Shown here: piece after piece, positions 14,121 through 26,824 of the stretch
Numbering within the stretch: position 1 is the first letter of the stretch
Layout: every line of letters starts with the position of its first letter
Assembly (NCBI GenBank): GCA_951406725.2
Contig: OX597814.1
Span: forward strand, 152,148,001 to 152,212,000
Direction: 5' to 3'
Source: Octopus vulgaris
Taxonomy: Eukaryota
Length of the DNA: 64,000 bases
Made by a program: the position numbers and the translations under genes
The notes under the pieces: model-generated
The model's database searches: none
Seen by the model: only the letters and a program-made list of their open reading frames with translations
Told to the model about the DNA's origin: nothing

Positions 14121-14740
14121 AATACTTAAAATAATATGAGATGACGGGGGAGCCATGTATTTGACCTGCAAGAAATAGCAACCAAATCTCCAGAAGTCAC
14201 ATCCTTCTGTATTAGAAAAGGGCATATTGGATAGTCCTTAGTTGCATGCATATAGGAAAGAGGTAATAGGAGCAGGAACGTCTCGCTCTTTCATTATTTC
14301 TTTATCTCTTTATCTTTCTCATTCTTCTCTTCTCTTTTCATCTGTCTTTTTCTCTCCCTCCCGCCCTCTCTCTCTCTCTGTCTTTCTTAGTCTGTCTGTC
14401 TGTCTGTCTCTCTCTCTCTGTTTCCAAATGTTGATAGCTTGCATATATTTCTATGTCTATCGTGTCTACGTATGATTAAAGAGGTCACCACTTTCCGGTA
14501 CTAAAAGAAGAAAACATTGCATAATGTAGCTTAGATAAAGGATAACTGAACATACACACACACATACACACACACACTCACACACATACACACACACGCG
14601 CGTACACACACACACACATAAAATAAATACAGCGCCAGAAGCAGTATCAATAACAAAAGGTAATATATTCACCGCCTAAAAGTGGATGTTGCGTTAGAAC
14701 ACACACATACTGCGATATTTACCAATATATATATATATAT

Positions 14741-14892
14741 GGCCAGGTCGGAGCAATCTCAAGATTAATCAGCCGAAATTGCGAGAATGATCCGGTTCTT
14801 CACTGAAGATTGAAGGCTTCGAATGTCCCGTCCGTGTTTTTTGTATCGTCTTCTAAATGTTTTGCGTTCTTGTCCCAGTTTTTGTATTATTT

Positions 14893-14893
<1 letters not shown>
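14741..14893. repeat. Truncated copy of the structured repeat at 44715-45147
   Basis: Shares tcggagcaatctcaagattaatcagccgaaattgc...ggcttcgaatgtcccgtcc. Confidence 0.85.
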
Positions 14894-14930
<37 letters not shown>

Positions 14931-14933
<3 letters not shown>

Positions 14934-15426
14934 TCAACAATATAAAGGAATGACCCTGGTAGGCCATTCGTCTCACTAGAAAGAGCAGCTATACTCAAAC
15001 CGTTAAATAGTAGTAATTCAGAAATTAAAGGAAAATCAAAGACATTTACCTTAATCATCCTTGGACAATGCATTGTTTCAACGTAATTTATGGCAAACCA
15101 GCCTAATTAAATTAAATTTAATTTAATCAAGTCAATCTACCATTGGTTCGTCTCATCGGCAAGGAAACCAGGAGGAATAAATATTCCACGAGGCAGCCTC
15201 AATGATGCCCCGGGAATATACACTCTAACTTTTCAAAATCTATCGTAATCGCGCCAACTTGTCAGTAGCAAGTATAAACTGCTGATTCAATTTCAGAATT
15301 AGTCAAAAATCATTAATTAATCAATATAGGGTAGCAAAAAATTCAATAGAAATTTTTTCGCCACCAGTGGTCCAGTGAGAAAGAGAAAATAGTCGCAGAC
15401 TATATATATATAAATTCAACAATATA
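14931..15426 (-). mobile_element. Hammerhead-bearing non-coding element (Penelope pLTR or retrozyme-like), 482-bp period
   Basis: Bounded by the direct repeat aattcaacaatata (14931 and 15413) inside (TA)n. Contains a type I hammerhead. Confidence 0.6.
15058..15165 (-). ncRNA. Type I hammerhead ribozyme with variant core CCGAUGA and long stem II
   Basis: UCCUUG-CCGAUGA-GACG[long hairpin]CGUU-GAAA-CAAUGCAUUG-UC|CAAGGA. Stem I is 6 bp, stem III is palindromic, and the cleavage triplet is GUC. Confidence 0.75.
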
Positions 15427-15458
15427 TATATATGTATACATATATATATCGTATAAGA

Positions 15459-15760
15459 CATCAGGTCGCTTTTGAGCGCTATTGGTTGTATGTAACTCGG
15501 TAACAACCTGTTGCATAGTCGGGTCGTCGGCGACTAAACCGGCAAAATACCGAACTTACTTGGTGAGGAGTAGGACTTTTGGACAACCTGTGGTATGAAA
15601 AACAAGGTCTGTTAAAGGACGAAGAAATTCTTGAGAGTCAACCACCATTGAGTACAATCAAAAGGTAGATGGTGATCATCAGTCGCAGTGAAGATAATCC
15701 ATCCAGGAGAAGGTAGTTTCCTAGAAATAGAAACCATCCGCCGAGGACTGGTAAACAGGT
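15459..15760 (+). mobile_element. RTE-type 5' UTR fragment
   Basis: Homologous to 57030-57230 (aacctgttgcatagtcgggtYgtcggYgaYtaaacc), which heads an RTE-derived element. Confidence 0.55.
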
Positions 15761-17045
15761 GATACTATTCTGCACAGAAAAAGAAATATGATATGTAGAT
15801 GAGATAGCTTTGTCTACAGACGACTGATGATGATATGCCGAATGTACATAAATGTAAATACGATACACACACACAGCATACCTTCTGAGATGTTTGTGTA
15901 TACCAAAAATACGCTTAGATGATCACGGCTGGACTTCAGTTGATCAGAGGGTCCCTCATTGTAGCTAATATAGGTCTAAAGAAGAACAACCTGATTTCAA
16001 GTTTATGGTAATCGGAAAATGTATTGAATAATATCCAACATATAAACGTAAACATATACAATACTATATGACCTTCAGCTGGCTACACATTAGCAGTTTG
16101 TCTTTAAACAGAATGATATTATTTATAAAACAGCAACATATTCCACAGAAAATGCTACTTCTCTGTGCAGTCTTGCATGTAGTTTCTTTTGATGTCCTGT
16201 TTAGTGCAAATAGCAAAGAGTTTCGGTTACAGTAGCGGAGTTTCTCGAACACATGCATCGTTTTCATAATGTATATTCTTTTAGAATATCCATAAAGGTA
16301 AAATTGAATATGATGAATATGATTGGATTAGCTGGAATACCTCTCTGCTCTTTGTCTACACTGCAATATTGTTCTTTCTAGAATTCAAAGAAGGCTGAGC
16401 GTTGGCTTCCTATATACAAAAACATACATATACAAAAACAGACATACCCATACTTTACATACACAAGCGATCAATCATAAAAACAAACACCACCATGCAC
16501 ACATAAACACACATACATATGCATATACATGGCACATAGATAAAAGGATCTACATAGTTTTGCTGTTATTTATTTATGCAGAAAGAAAAGAACGCGTTCA
16601 TATATATTATTACATGCATACACTTCATACACGCTCTCATACGTACACGCACAAGAAGATACCCATGCACGCTCGTACGCCCCCATCCTCCACACGCAAT
16701 TGTAATTTTGATAGATCGGTTGCCAACAAGCCTGCAAATAAATAAAGCTTTACTCATAACTAACGGAAGTTATGAAATATTCAGCAGATCTAATACAATG
16801 TTCATAAATCTGAGATTCATGTGCACCCACACGTATCTCTATAAGGCTGTAGATTGAAGTGAAAGTGATAAGATAAGTAAATAATATATATTATTTAAAT
16901 GTTTGAATGCATTTACAGTCAATTTAGGGCTGTTACATGTATCGAAACACATCAATAGATTTGCTGTCCTTCTCTCACTCTAAAATTGTTTACATAGGCG
17001 AATCTTTAATATTGCTGACGTAGAGGATATGAGTTTGAAGTTGTA

Positions 17046-17086
<41 letters not shown>

Positions 17087-17239
17087 ATACAACAAAGATA
17101 CATTAACAGAGCTATGTGTGATGTGGTGTGGTGTGTTTGTGTGCGCGCGCGCGTGTGTGTGTCTGTGTTTAGCCGTGGCTCTGTGGTAAGCAGCTTGCTT
17201 CTCAACCACGTGGTTCTGGGTTCAGTCTCACTGCGTTGG

Positions 17240-18065
17240 GGAAATTTTAGGTAGTTTCCACAGTACCTGTTTCCTGTGAAGCTGTAATGTGACCATTTAT
17301 GTATATTATGGGGTGGCTTGTGGTGAAGGCTTGGGGAGAGAACAAGTGGTGTAGTATTTTTATGCTTAACCGTTAGAAAAACTACTGGTTTGAAATGTTT
17401 TAGTGTTTTTATGATTATGTTTTCAGGAAGACATTGATTTAGAGTTTCGGTTCAGAATTTGATTTCTGAATAACAAAAAATGTGGTAGGATTCGTTTGTA
17501 CAAAGTTGGCAAGATCTGTTGTTAACCTGGTACGATTCTGTATATGACAGTATTTTCCAATTAATGCTAAACAGAATATTTTTAGTTCAAATATATTTCC
17601 CAATCGGATTGTGAAAATTATGTGTGTGTTACTTGTAGCATGCTTTGAACTGGTCTCCAGTAAACCCTGTATATGTGGATGCAGTTGTTGGTCTAGTGTT
17701 GCTGGCTACAGTTTCACTGTAGGGAATATTGCTTGTGAGACTGTTTCCTTTTAAAGGGCATGATGATGTAGTTCTAAGGTTGCAAATCTTACTGTTTGGT
17801 TTTCACTTTTAGACAGCTGTTGGCGGTTGTAATAATTCTTTTGAAGTTATTAGTTGTTGAATAGGATAATATTGTGTTTGAATATTAGTTTGTGATATTT
17901 TTGGTTGCGGTGGAAATGTTTTTGAAGTATTCTGTAAAATAAATTCGCTACACGCGTGGAGAACTGTATGTTGAAGATTTAATTGAACCAGACAGTTTTC
18001 TTTTTTCTAATCGTATGTCTTATATTTGTTTGCGTGGTATTGTACTTTTTTTTGTATATATAATA
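17240..18065 (-). mobile_element. Penelope-like element fragment (linker plus GIY-YIG endonuclease), pseudogenised
   Basis: The minus strand gives RKKKTVWFN, ILQKHF, SSCPLKGN, YTGFTGDQFKACYK*HTHNF, INWKIL and SCQLCTNE. These match the PLE WFNPP/CPL/YIG..FK.RY..H/W.IL/C.LC..E pattern, with frameshifts. Confidence 0.8.
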
Positions 18066-18264
18066 TGGTTTTGTCTCTAATTTAATATAATATGTATATA
18101 TATATATATATATATATGAAGCGTAGTTAAGGAAGATCGCTTCCCCACGAGTCTCAGTTCGTTCCCACAAGTGTCTACATATATTTATACACTATACATA
18201 TTTTACACACACGCACGCGAGCATACACACACTCACCCACGCACACACACACACACACACATAT

Positions 18265-19065
18265 AATAGAAAATAAACCTAGCCTGAATAGAAAACTAGA
18301 ATGGAGCAATAGCGCACACCACAACATATGACAATAGTGGATCCTGCAAACATAATAAATACACAGGTAATTAAAGAAATAGAAATGAATATCTATATAT
18401 ATGTATATGTGTATATATATGTATATGTATATGTGTATATATGTGTGTATATATGTATATATATATATATGTATATGTATATGTATGTATATATATATAT
18501 GTATATGTATATTCTTTTTTTTTTTTTTTTTCGATTAGATTTATTATTATTATTACTAATATTGTTGTTATACATACATACAAGCATATGTAATGATAAT
18601 AATGGGTGGATGTAAACACATGAACAAAATTAGAACAAAAGCAACAACAACAAAAACAAAATACAAATTACAAAAATGTATATAACCAGAAGATACAAAT
18701 ATTACAGGCATCCCCCACACACACACACTAAATAAACATAGACGCACATAGAGATATAAGCATGCGCAAATGAAGACATACAATAGAAATACAAAATGGC
18801 TGACGGTTAGTAAGGAGAGACACAAGTAAGTGAGAAGAAAACAAAGGACCACTGATGCGGTCACAGGAGTGTGACGAAAGAACTCTGGCCGAAATAAGAT
18901 TAAGATTAATGTAAAAAATAAATATCACTGAAGCAAAATAACACCAAATATATAGTGCGTGTGTTTTTATTGGCTAAACTGGCAATATGACCATTCCGAA
19001 ATATAACAATATCTGTTTCAACACACGACTTCACATAAAAAATCTTGCACAACAAATATTTAAAC
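18265..19065 (+). mobile_element. Penelope-like 3' end/pLTR with degenerate hammerhead
   Basis: Begins IENKPSLNRKLEW, the PLE endonuclease C-terminal KPSLNR motif. A hammerhead-like motif lies at 18846-18890. Confidence 0.6.
18846..18890 (+). ncRNA. Degenerate type I hammerhead
   Basis: CCA-CUGAUGC-G-GUCAC AGGAGU GUGAC-GAAA-GAAC-UC|UGG. A9 is mutated and stem III is minimal. Confidence 0.5.
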
Positions 19066-19235
19066 GTATATATATATATATATATATCTGTGTGTGTGTG
19101 TGTGTGTGTGTGTGCGTGGGTGAGTGTGTGTATGCTCGCGTGCGTGTGTGTAAAATATGTATAGTGTATAAATATATGTAGACACTTGTGGGAACGAACT
19201 GAGACTCGTGGGGAAGCGATCTTCCTTAACTACGC

Positions 19236-19277
<42 letters not shown>

Positions 19278-19377
19278 TTATATTAAATTAGAGACAAAAC
19301 CACTATTATGCAAATCAAACAAAGAAAGACTTAAGCCAATACATAAAATAATTTATATAATTAAATTTAATTAAAAT

Positions 19378-19431
19378 AACCACTACGATCGTTTCGTGTC
19401 AGCACTTCTATGAGACATTCTTCAGGTGGTT
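19378..19431 (-). ncRNA. Type I minimal hammerhead ribozyme (PLE type)
   Basis: AACCAC-CUGAAGA-AUGUC...GACAC-GAAA-CGAUCG-UA|GUGGUU. Canonical core, palindromic stem III, A-C mismatch at the base of stem II. Confidence 0.75.
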
Positions 19432-19515
19432 TCAAAACCTTCTTTGCAAGTTTTGAATTAACAGAATGAGATAAAAATCCAAGGCTGAGGAAGATTTCAG
19501 AACATTTATAAATAG

Positions 19516-19563
19516 GTCTTACAGCTGTTTCCGGGAAATTTTATATATCCCTTCATCGGAGAC
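19516..19563 (-). ncRNA. Type I hammerhead-like motif with CCGAUGA core
   Basis: GUCU-CCGAUGA-A-GGGA...UCCC-G-GAAA-CAGCUG-UA|AGAC. Confidence 0.65.
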
Positions 19564-19917
19564 GGTGTGAGAAGATGGTTATGCAATAGTTACTCTAGAT
19601 AAGATATGAAATAGAGAGTAAAGTGGAGGAATGAAAATAGACGTGAGATATGCAGGGGTATTGTATCTGTAGTTTATGTTATTTAGTCAAAATGGTATAC
19701 ATATAAGATTCCTGTACCTTGTGAGTAAGTTCCAATAGTATGTAAAATTGGTCATTCTGTATACCATTCTGCCTAAATACTAAATACCATTCTGCCTAAA
19801 TAATGGAACCACAGATACAATATCCCTGCATATCTCACGTCTATTTTCACTCCTCCACTTTACTCTCTATTTCATATCTTATCTAGACTACCTATTGCTT
19901 AAATATTTTCTCACACC

Positions 19918-19965
19918 GTCTCCGATGAAGGGATATATAAAATATCCCGGAAACAGCTGTAAGAC
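19918..19965 (+). ncRNA. Type I hammerhead-like motif with CCGAUGA core
   Basis: GUCU-CCGAUGA-A-GGGAUAU AUAAA AUAUCCC-G-GAAA-CAGCUG-UA|AGAC. Confidence 0.7.
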
Positions 19966-21808
19966 CTATTTATAAATGTTCTGAAATCTTTCACAGCTTT
20001 AGATTTTTCTCTCATTCTTTTAATTTTTTTATATATACACATGCTGATATATGAACTACGTTGGACTCCTTATTCGCATAATCACCGAACCTGGAGCTTA
20101 ACTATAGTCTGTCCATAGCACTTACTCAGCATTACCAGACACCTGTGGGTCTTATTGACACCATTACCTCTCATAACCTATATATATATATAAACGCATA
20201 TACATTTAAGTGAAGCCATATTTCAGAGATTTATGGGAAGAGATGGAGAGTAAACTAATAAGAGTAAGTAAGGCATTCCTAATGTAATCTTCCTGTTCTT
20301 TTCCTGGAACTCAGGGCTACATTATTCAAACTGTCCTTTTCTAAAACAGTAGGATATGATCTGATGAAGTTTTAACTGGTTTTTAGTGCACTTTGAGCAT
20401 GACTTTGATGTTACCTGCTCGTTCAAAGTCCAGCAATAATGACAGCAGATGTTAAGAAGCTTTGAATAAACACACTTGCAATCTGTATACAAACAGTCAT
20501 ACACACGTGCACACAGCAGTTTGTCCGCTACCAACTTCTGTGTGTTTGTGCACGTGTTGGTATGATTGTATACTTATCTAGTGTGTATGTGTGTGTGTGT
20601 GTGAGTGCATGCGTGAGTGTGCGTGTCTGTGTGTGTCTATGAGTGTGTGTCTGTGTGCACGCTTATGCTTATTTTGATCAATGTGTGTGTATGTATATAT
20701 ATATATATATATATACCCGTATACACAAACCAAACAAATACATTGACATATAAGTGTATGTGAGTGCATTTCCTTTCTGTGTGAATCTGTTTTGCTGGTT
20801 TTCTATCAGTTATTAGTATAAGATCAGGTTATATGATCGACATAAAAATATATAATTACTACTTAGTTGTAACATGGTCAACTTTTCCTGTATCAAGTTA
20901 AAATTTTTTCAGTACACTATCCTTGTGTATGTATGTATACATAAATGTATATCAATATGCATACAAGCACCTAAGATTATAAGTATACATAAACATGTGT
21001 ATGTTATGCGTCTGTAACTATATATGCACCTACTGCTATATCTATATATATCAGAAAAAGCTGATATAAATATATATGTTTAAGCGTAAAGTTTATATAC
21101 TTAACCAATTAAAAGTACGAAATGAACATATTTAAGTTGTTAGAATAACCGATTATCTTTACGTGTACCAAAATTATTTTCAAGTATGCTAAATACACTC
21201 TTTTTTATCATTCATCATCAACATTTGAACAGTATATTTATAAAGAGGCAGGTATTTTGGTTCAAAATAAGCTAGGGAGACATCACTTCTTCACTAACTC
21301 GTTGTACTCTCTGAAATTTATATAATAAATTAAATCTGCTAAGGACCACCGCCATATATGCTGTGATGTTTCTTGACACAGCAACAATTGTCTGTTAGTC
21401 GACAATCATAATGAAACAATGTATTTAACAATATTTGTTAAATACAATAAATTTCATTCACTTTAATCATTAAACAGCCTTTATTAAATTCTATTCATTT
21501 TCACACATTAAAAAAAAAAGAATTGTATGTTTAATGTATAATGTTGAATTAATAATAATTCTATTGTACCATCTTTCAAAATATTTGTTCTCTAACAAAT
21601 TTTAGTTATATACATACACGTTATCAATAGAATTTTACCACAACCTTGCTAAAGCCAAATTCTATTCGCCTGAAAACCAAGTTCCAACAACTTTTATATT
21701 CACCTGTCAAACTCTGTTTACATTTTATATTTATTTACTTACTTTACCTGTACAAAGCACTTTCATATGTTTATCCGGAATGCTCATACTTGCTCTCAGA
21801 CTTTTAGC

Positions 21809-22220
21809 TAGCCCAGGGCGGCGAGCTGGCAGAAACGTTAGCACGCCGGGCGAAATCCGTAGCCGTATTTCGTCTGCCATTACGTTTTGAGTTCCAATTC
21901 CGCCAAGGTCGACTTTGCCTTTTATCCTATCGGGGTCGATTAAATAATTACCAGTTACGCACTGGGGTCGATTTAATCGACTTAATCCCTTTGTCTGTCC
22001 TTGTTTGTCCTATCTGTGTTTAGCTCCTTGTGAGTAGTAAAGAAATAGGTACTTCGTCTGTCTTTACATTCTGAGTTCAAATTCCGCCGAGGTCCACTTT
22101 ACCTTTTATCCTTTCGGGGTCGATAAATTAAGTACCAGTTGCATACTGGGGTCGATTTAATTGACTGCACCCCCTCCCCCCAAAAAAAAGTTCGGGCCTT
22201 GTGCCTAGAGTAGAAAAGAC
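21809..22220 (+). mobile_element. SINE family A dimer with target-site duplication
   Basis: Family A sequence, with agacttttagc on both sides (about 21798 and 22217). Confidence 0.9.
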
Positions 22221-22884
22221 TTTTAGCCCTTTTTTAATACGTTCTGAGTAATATAAATTTTCCTTTCATAAGTCCCAAGTTACTCAGATGGTTGAAAAAA
22301 AAAAAAAGATGGGAATGTATATCATCTATGATGCATGGACGGCAGAGAAATATATGCTCTGCCTCACATATGATACACAGGAGAGGTAAATGGTTAATTT
22401 CATATTTTCATAGTTTCACCTTTGCGTAATTTAACAGCCGTTTTTCAAAACCAATAGCCTTAAATTTTGCCCATTCCAATTTTCCCATATCTACCAATAA
22501 GTAGATTTCTGTAAAACAATGTCTGTTGTCACATGCTGTTTTTTTTTAATCGTTTGTTTTTCTTCTCTACATTACATACCTTCAGGGGGTTCAAGTTTTA
22601 ATATCATCAACGAAAACAAATTCCTCTTAAATTTAATAACTATTGTTTAGCATATTACATATTTTTGCTTTTAGTAACAACACTTACTGTACACATATCT
22701 ATTTTATTGATTTGATACAATAATGTATAGGACAAGAATTTTAATAATGATATTTGCCTGTTATTTTATTCGCTTTATTATTTCTATGAATTAAATCAAG
22801 TTTTTCTCCGAAAAAATTTTTTAAAAAACCACTATTTATGCTGTTCTTAATACAGGAGCTTTTACATTACACACGTACGCGCTA

Positions 22885-22917
<33 letters not shown>

Positions 22918-23182
22918 TACACATATATAATTCATTTATCTATTTGCTAGCCAGCATATATTGCAATATATTATGTTATTGGCTTTGCTATAAGTTTTTT
23001 TCACACCTTTGCATCGGATTCCCATAAATTTCATTTTTACTTAGATATGTCCCGTTAAGTTAAACCGCTTGCTATTAATCCTAACGTTGTAGACACGAAT
23101 TTATTTATTAAATCAATTTATCTGTGGTTGTAACGCTGATAACCCATATCCGACTGAGAAAGGTATTGTATATGCTATTAAT

Positions 23183-23372
23183 TGTTTCAGTTATTTGACA
23201 GCGGCCATGCTAGAGCACCGCCTTTAGTCGAACAAATCGACCCCAGGACACATTGTTTGTAAGTCTAGTACTTATTTTATCGGTCTGTCATGCCGAACCG
23301 CTAAGTTACAGGGACGTAAGCACACCAACACCGGTTGTCAAGCGATGGTGGGGAGACAAGCACAGACACGCA

Positions 23373-23423
<51 letters not shown>

Positions 23424-23570
23424 GTACATATGACGGACTTCTTTCAATTTCCGTCTGCCAAATCCATTCACAAGACTTTGGTCGGCCCGAGGCAATAGTA
23501 GAATACAAATGCCCAAGTTGCCACGCAGTGGGACTGAACCCGAAACCATATGGTTACCACAAAGCCGCAT
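23183..23570 (-). mobile_element. SINE family B (tRNA head, CORE-like segment, internal microsatellite)
   Basis: The minus strand reads gggttcagtcccactgcgtggcaacttgggc...ccagcatggccgc-like...actgaaaca. Similar copies lie at 23735-24165, 26210-26708, 40585-41045, 49565-49930 (+), 55680-56080 and 62460-63020 (+). Confidence 0.8.
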
Positions 23571-25731
23571 CCATATACAATGAATAAATTAAAATAAAAC
23601 ATAAAAAAAAACTAGAAAGAAAGAAAGAAACAAGCAGAAGAACAACTAACTTACAGTTAAATATCTCCCTTTTTATAGACATTATGAACTGTAAGATTTT
23701 ATCTAAAATAGTTCCACTTAAACAAAGCTTAGCTCCTTTACTCTTTTACTCTTTTCAGTCATTTGATTATAGCCATGCTGGAGCATCACTTTGCAGAATT
23801 TTAGTCGGATGAATCGACCCCAGTGTTTATTTTCTTTAAAGTAAAGGTACTTATTCTATTGGTGTCTTATACAGAACTGCTAAGTTATTGGGCTGTAAAC
23901 ACACCACCATCGGTTGTCAAGTGTTGCTGGGGGACAAAACATGAATGCAAAGACACACACACGTGTGCATACACACACACACATATATACATTTGTATAT
24001 ATATATATACGACAGGCTTCTTACAGTTTCCGTCTACTAAATTCACTCAAAAGGCCTTGATCGGCTCGATGCCATAGAAGAAGACAGTTGTTCAAGACAC
24101 AACGCAGTGGGACTGAACTCAGGATCATTTGGTTGGGAAGCAAGCTTCTTACCACGCAGCTACGCCCGAAATATTTATTTTTAATTATTTTGCTGGGAGA
24201 GGAGGTAGTCGATTACATTGGCCAGGTTATATCACAGGTAATTCATTTCTTTGATCCTGAAGGGAAGAAGGGCAAAGCTAAACTTCGTGGAATTTGAACA
24301 CAAACAATAAAGTACAAGAACAAATACCACAAAATATCATTTTCGACGCCCTTACGATCACAGCAATGCCCCACCCTCATCATCTACAATTCATATTTAA
24401 TCTTCTTTTGTTTATATTTCAGTCCTCTTTTAAAGCCATTTGCATTTAAACATAATAATTTTGTTATACGTATAAAGATAATTGTTTGTTGCTATAACCT
24501 AAATATATTAATCTAATGTTTTAGTGGGTTAAACATATAAACATTACTACATGCCATTGTTTTTTCATAATTCCAGTTATTTTCGGAAAATTTTTGTACA
24601 ATGAGAACTTTTGACATCGTTTGTAAAATACTTCCGCCCCTCGCCTTATAAGTATTTCATACACATTCGACTGTGTTTTATTTTCTCTTACTGTCATGTG
24701 AAATATATTGAATACAGTATTAATACGGATATATTTCTTTATTATATACTAAAGTTCTATAACTAATTTAATTTACATTGAATACGTATTTTAATGCAAA
24801 TTTTATCTGATTTTGTTATAAATGGAATAATCAGTATTATGTACAAATATATTCAGAACAGTGTCTTCGTATTGGTTGTTATAAACACATTTCAGTAATG
24901 GTACACGCAGACCTTCTCTATACTCTTCACAAACATACTGTGTTAAAAGCACAATATATATCGGAGCGAGACGAACATCGTCCCAGCAGTGACCAACGAG
25001 AACGTCAGACCCGTTTCGGGATGCTTAAGCTTTTTCAATTATGTGTACTCGTCACATACCTTGACGAAACCCCTCCTCTCTGATATATAGGAAACAGTTT
25101 GCAATAAATTTTCTGATTGCGAAGATGCACCGAGCTTAATAAAAGCTTGGTGTAGGTAGTTGAAACGACGTTAGATTAAAATAGCTATCTATGTATCATA
25201 CTTAACGTATATACAACGCTCACTCACCTCCATTATTCAGAATTAGCAGGCGAAGGGAGTTAGTATACACGCACGCATAGACACACATATATACATATGC
25301 ATATTTAAATACGTATGTATGAACATATGTGCGTATATATATGAGTGTAGATAGATGTGTGTATTTGTGAGTGTCTGTGTGTTTGTGTGTATGTGTGTAT
25401 GTGTGTATCTGTGTGTGTGTGTGAACGCCTGTGTGTGTCTGTGTGTTTTCATATTCACAAATATTAATCGCTAGTTTTGATCCCAGTGTATAGCAATTTG
25501 GTCTGTAAAGATAACCCCGAGTTGACACAAGCCTTGCAAGTTAAACGAAACGGAAGCATGTGGGCTGGATTGTAATTTGATGGGTTGGACTTGTTTCACA
25601 CAGCATAACGCTAAATTCTTCAGAAGTTTACATTAAGAGTCTACATGTGTCTGTTCAATTCTCAAACGTACTACGATGCAATTGCAATATTGGTATACGC
25701 ACACTCACAGGCACACACACACACACACACA

Positions 25732-25769
<38 letters not shown>

Positions 25770-25774
25770 CGTAC

Positions 25775-25824
<50 letters not shown>

Positions 25825-25952
25825 GTTATTAAAGATGGAAAGGAAAAATATGGGGATTTATATCATGCTATCATTATCTTTGAAGAAAGACAGAACTGTT
25901 GCAATGTGTATTATTAGTAATATGCACATACACTGATGCATACTTTCATGTA

Positions 25953-25983
<31 letters not shown>

Positions 25984-26141
25984 ATACATCACGCGCGCGC
26001 GCACGCACACGTATATGTCCATATAATATATACATATGAAGTTACATGTAAAGGTTTTAACGTAAATACCCATGAATATATCCATATAACATAAATACGC
26101 AGACACGCATAAATATATGCAAGCAGGCATACGTATAAACG

Positions 26142-26212
<71 letters not shown>

Positions 26213-26466
26213 TCTTTTATTTGTTTCTATCATTTGACTGCGGCTATGCTGAAGCACCGCCTTTAGTCGAACAAATCGACCCCAGGACTTTTTCTTTGTA
26301 AGCCTAGTACTTATTCTATCGGTCTCTATAGTACTTATTCTATCGGCTAAGTTACGGGGACATAGACACACCAGTATCGTTTGTGAAGCGATGGTGGGGG
26401 GACAAACACACACATACAACAATACACAGACACAGACATACACATACACACACATACATTCACACA

Positions 26467-26554
<88 letters not shown>

Positions 26555-26757
26555 CGACGGGCTTCCTTCAGCTTCCATCCATCAAATCCACTCACGAGGC
26601 TTTGGTCAGCCCAAGGCTATAGTAGAAGAAACTTGCCACGCAGTGGGACTAAACCCTGAACCATGTAGTTGGTAAGCAAGCTACTTACCACACACCCACT
26701 CCTGCGCCTATATATATATTAATATATATATAAATACATATACGTACATATATACAT

Positions 26758-26824
<67 letters not shown>

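Noticed and set aside
16064-16410. Cys-rich minus-strand ORF, and a similar one at 20322-20534
   Set aside because: No recognisable domain, and stops follow the candidate acceptors.
25585-25630. Minus-strand CUGAAGA...GAAACAAGUC hammerhead-like string
   Set aside because: No stem I can form, and the sequence is a diverged part of SINE family C.
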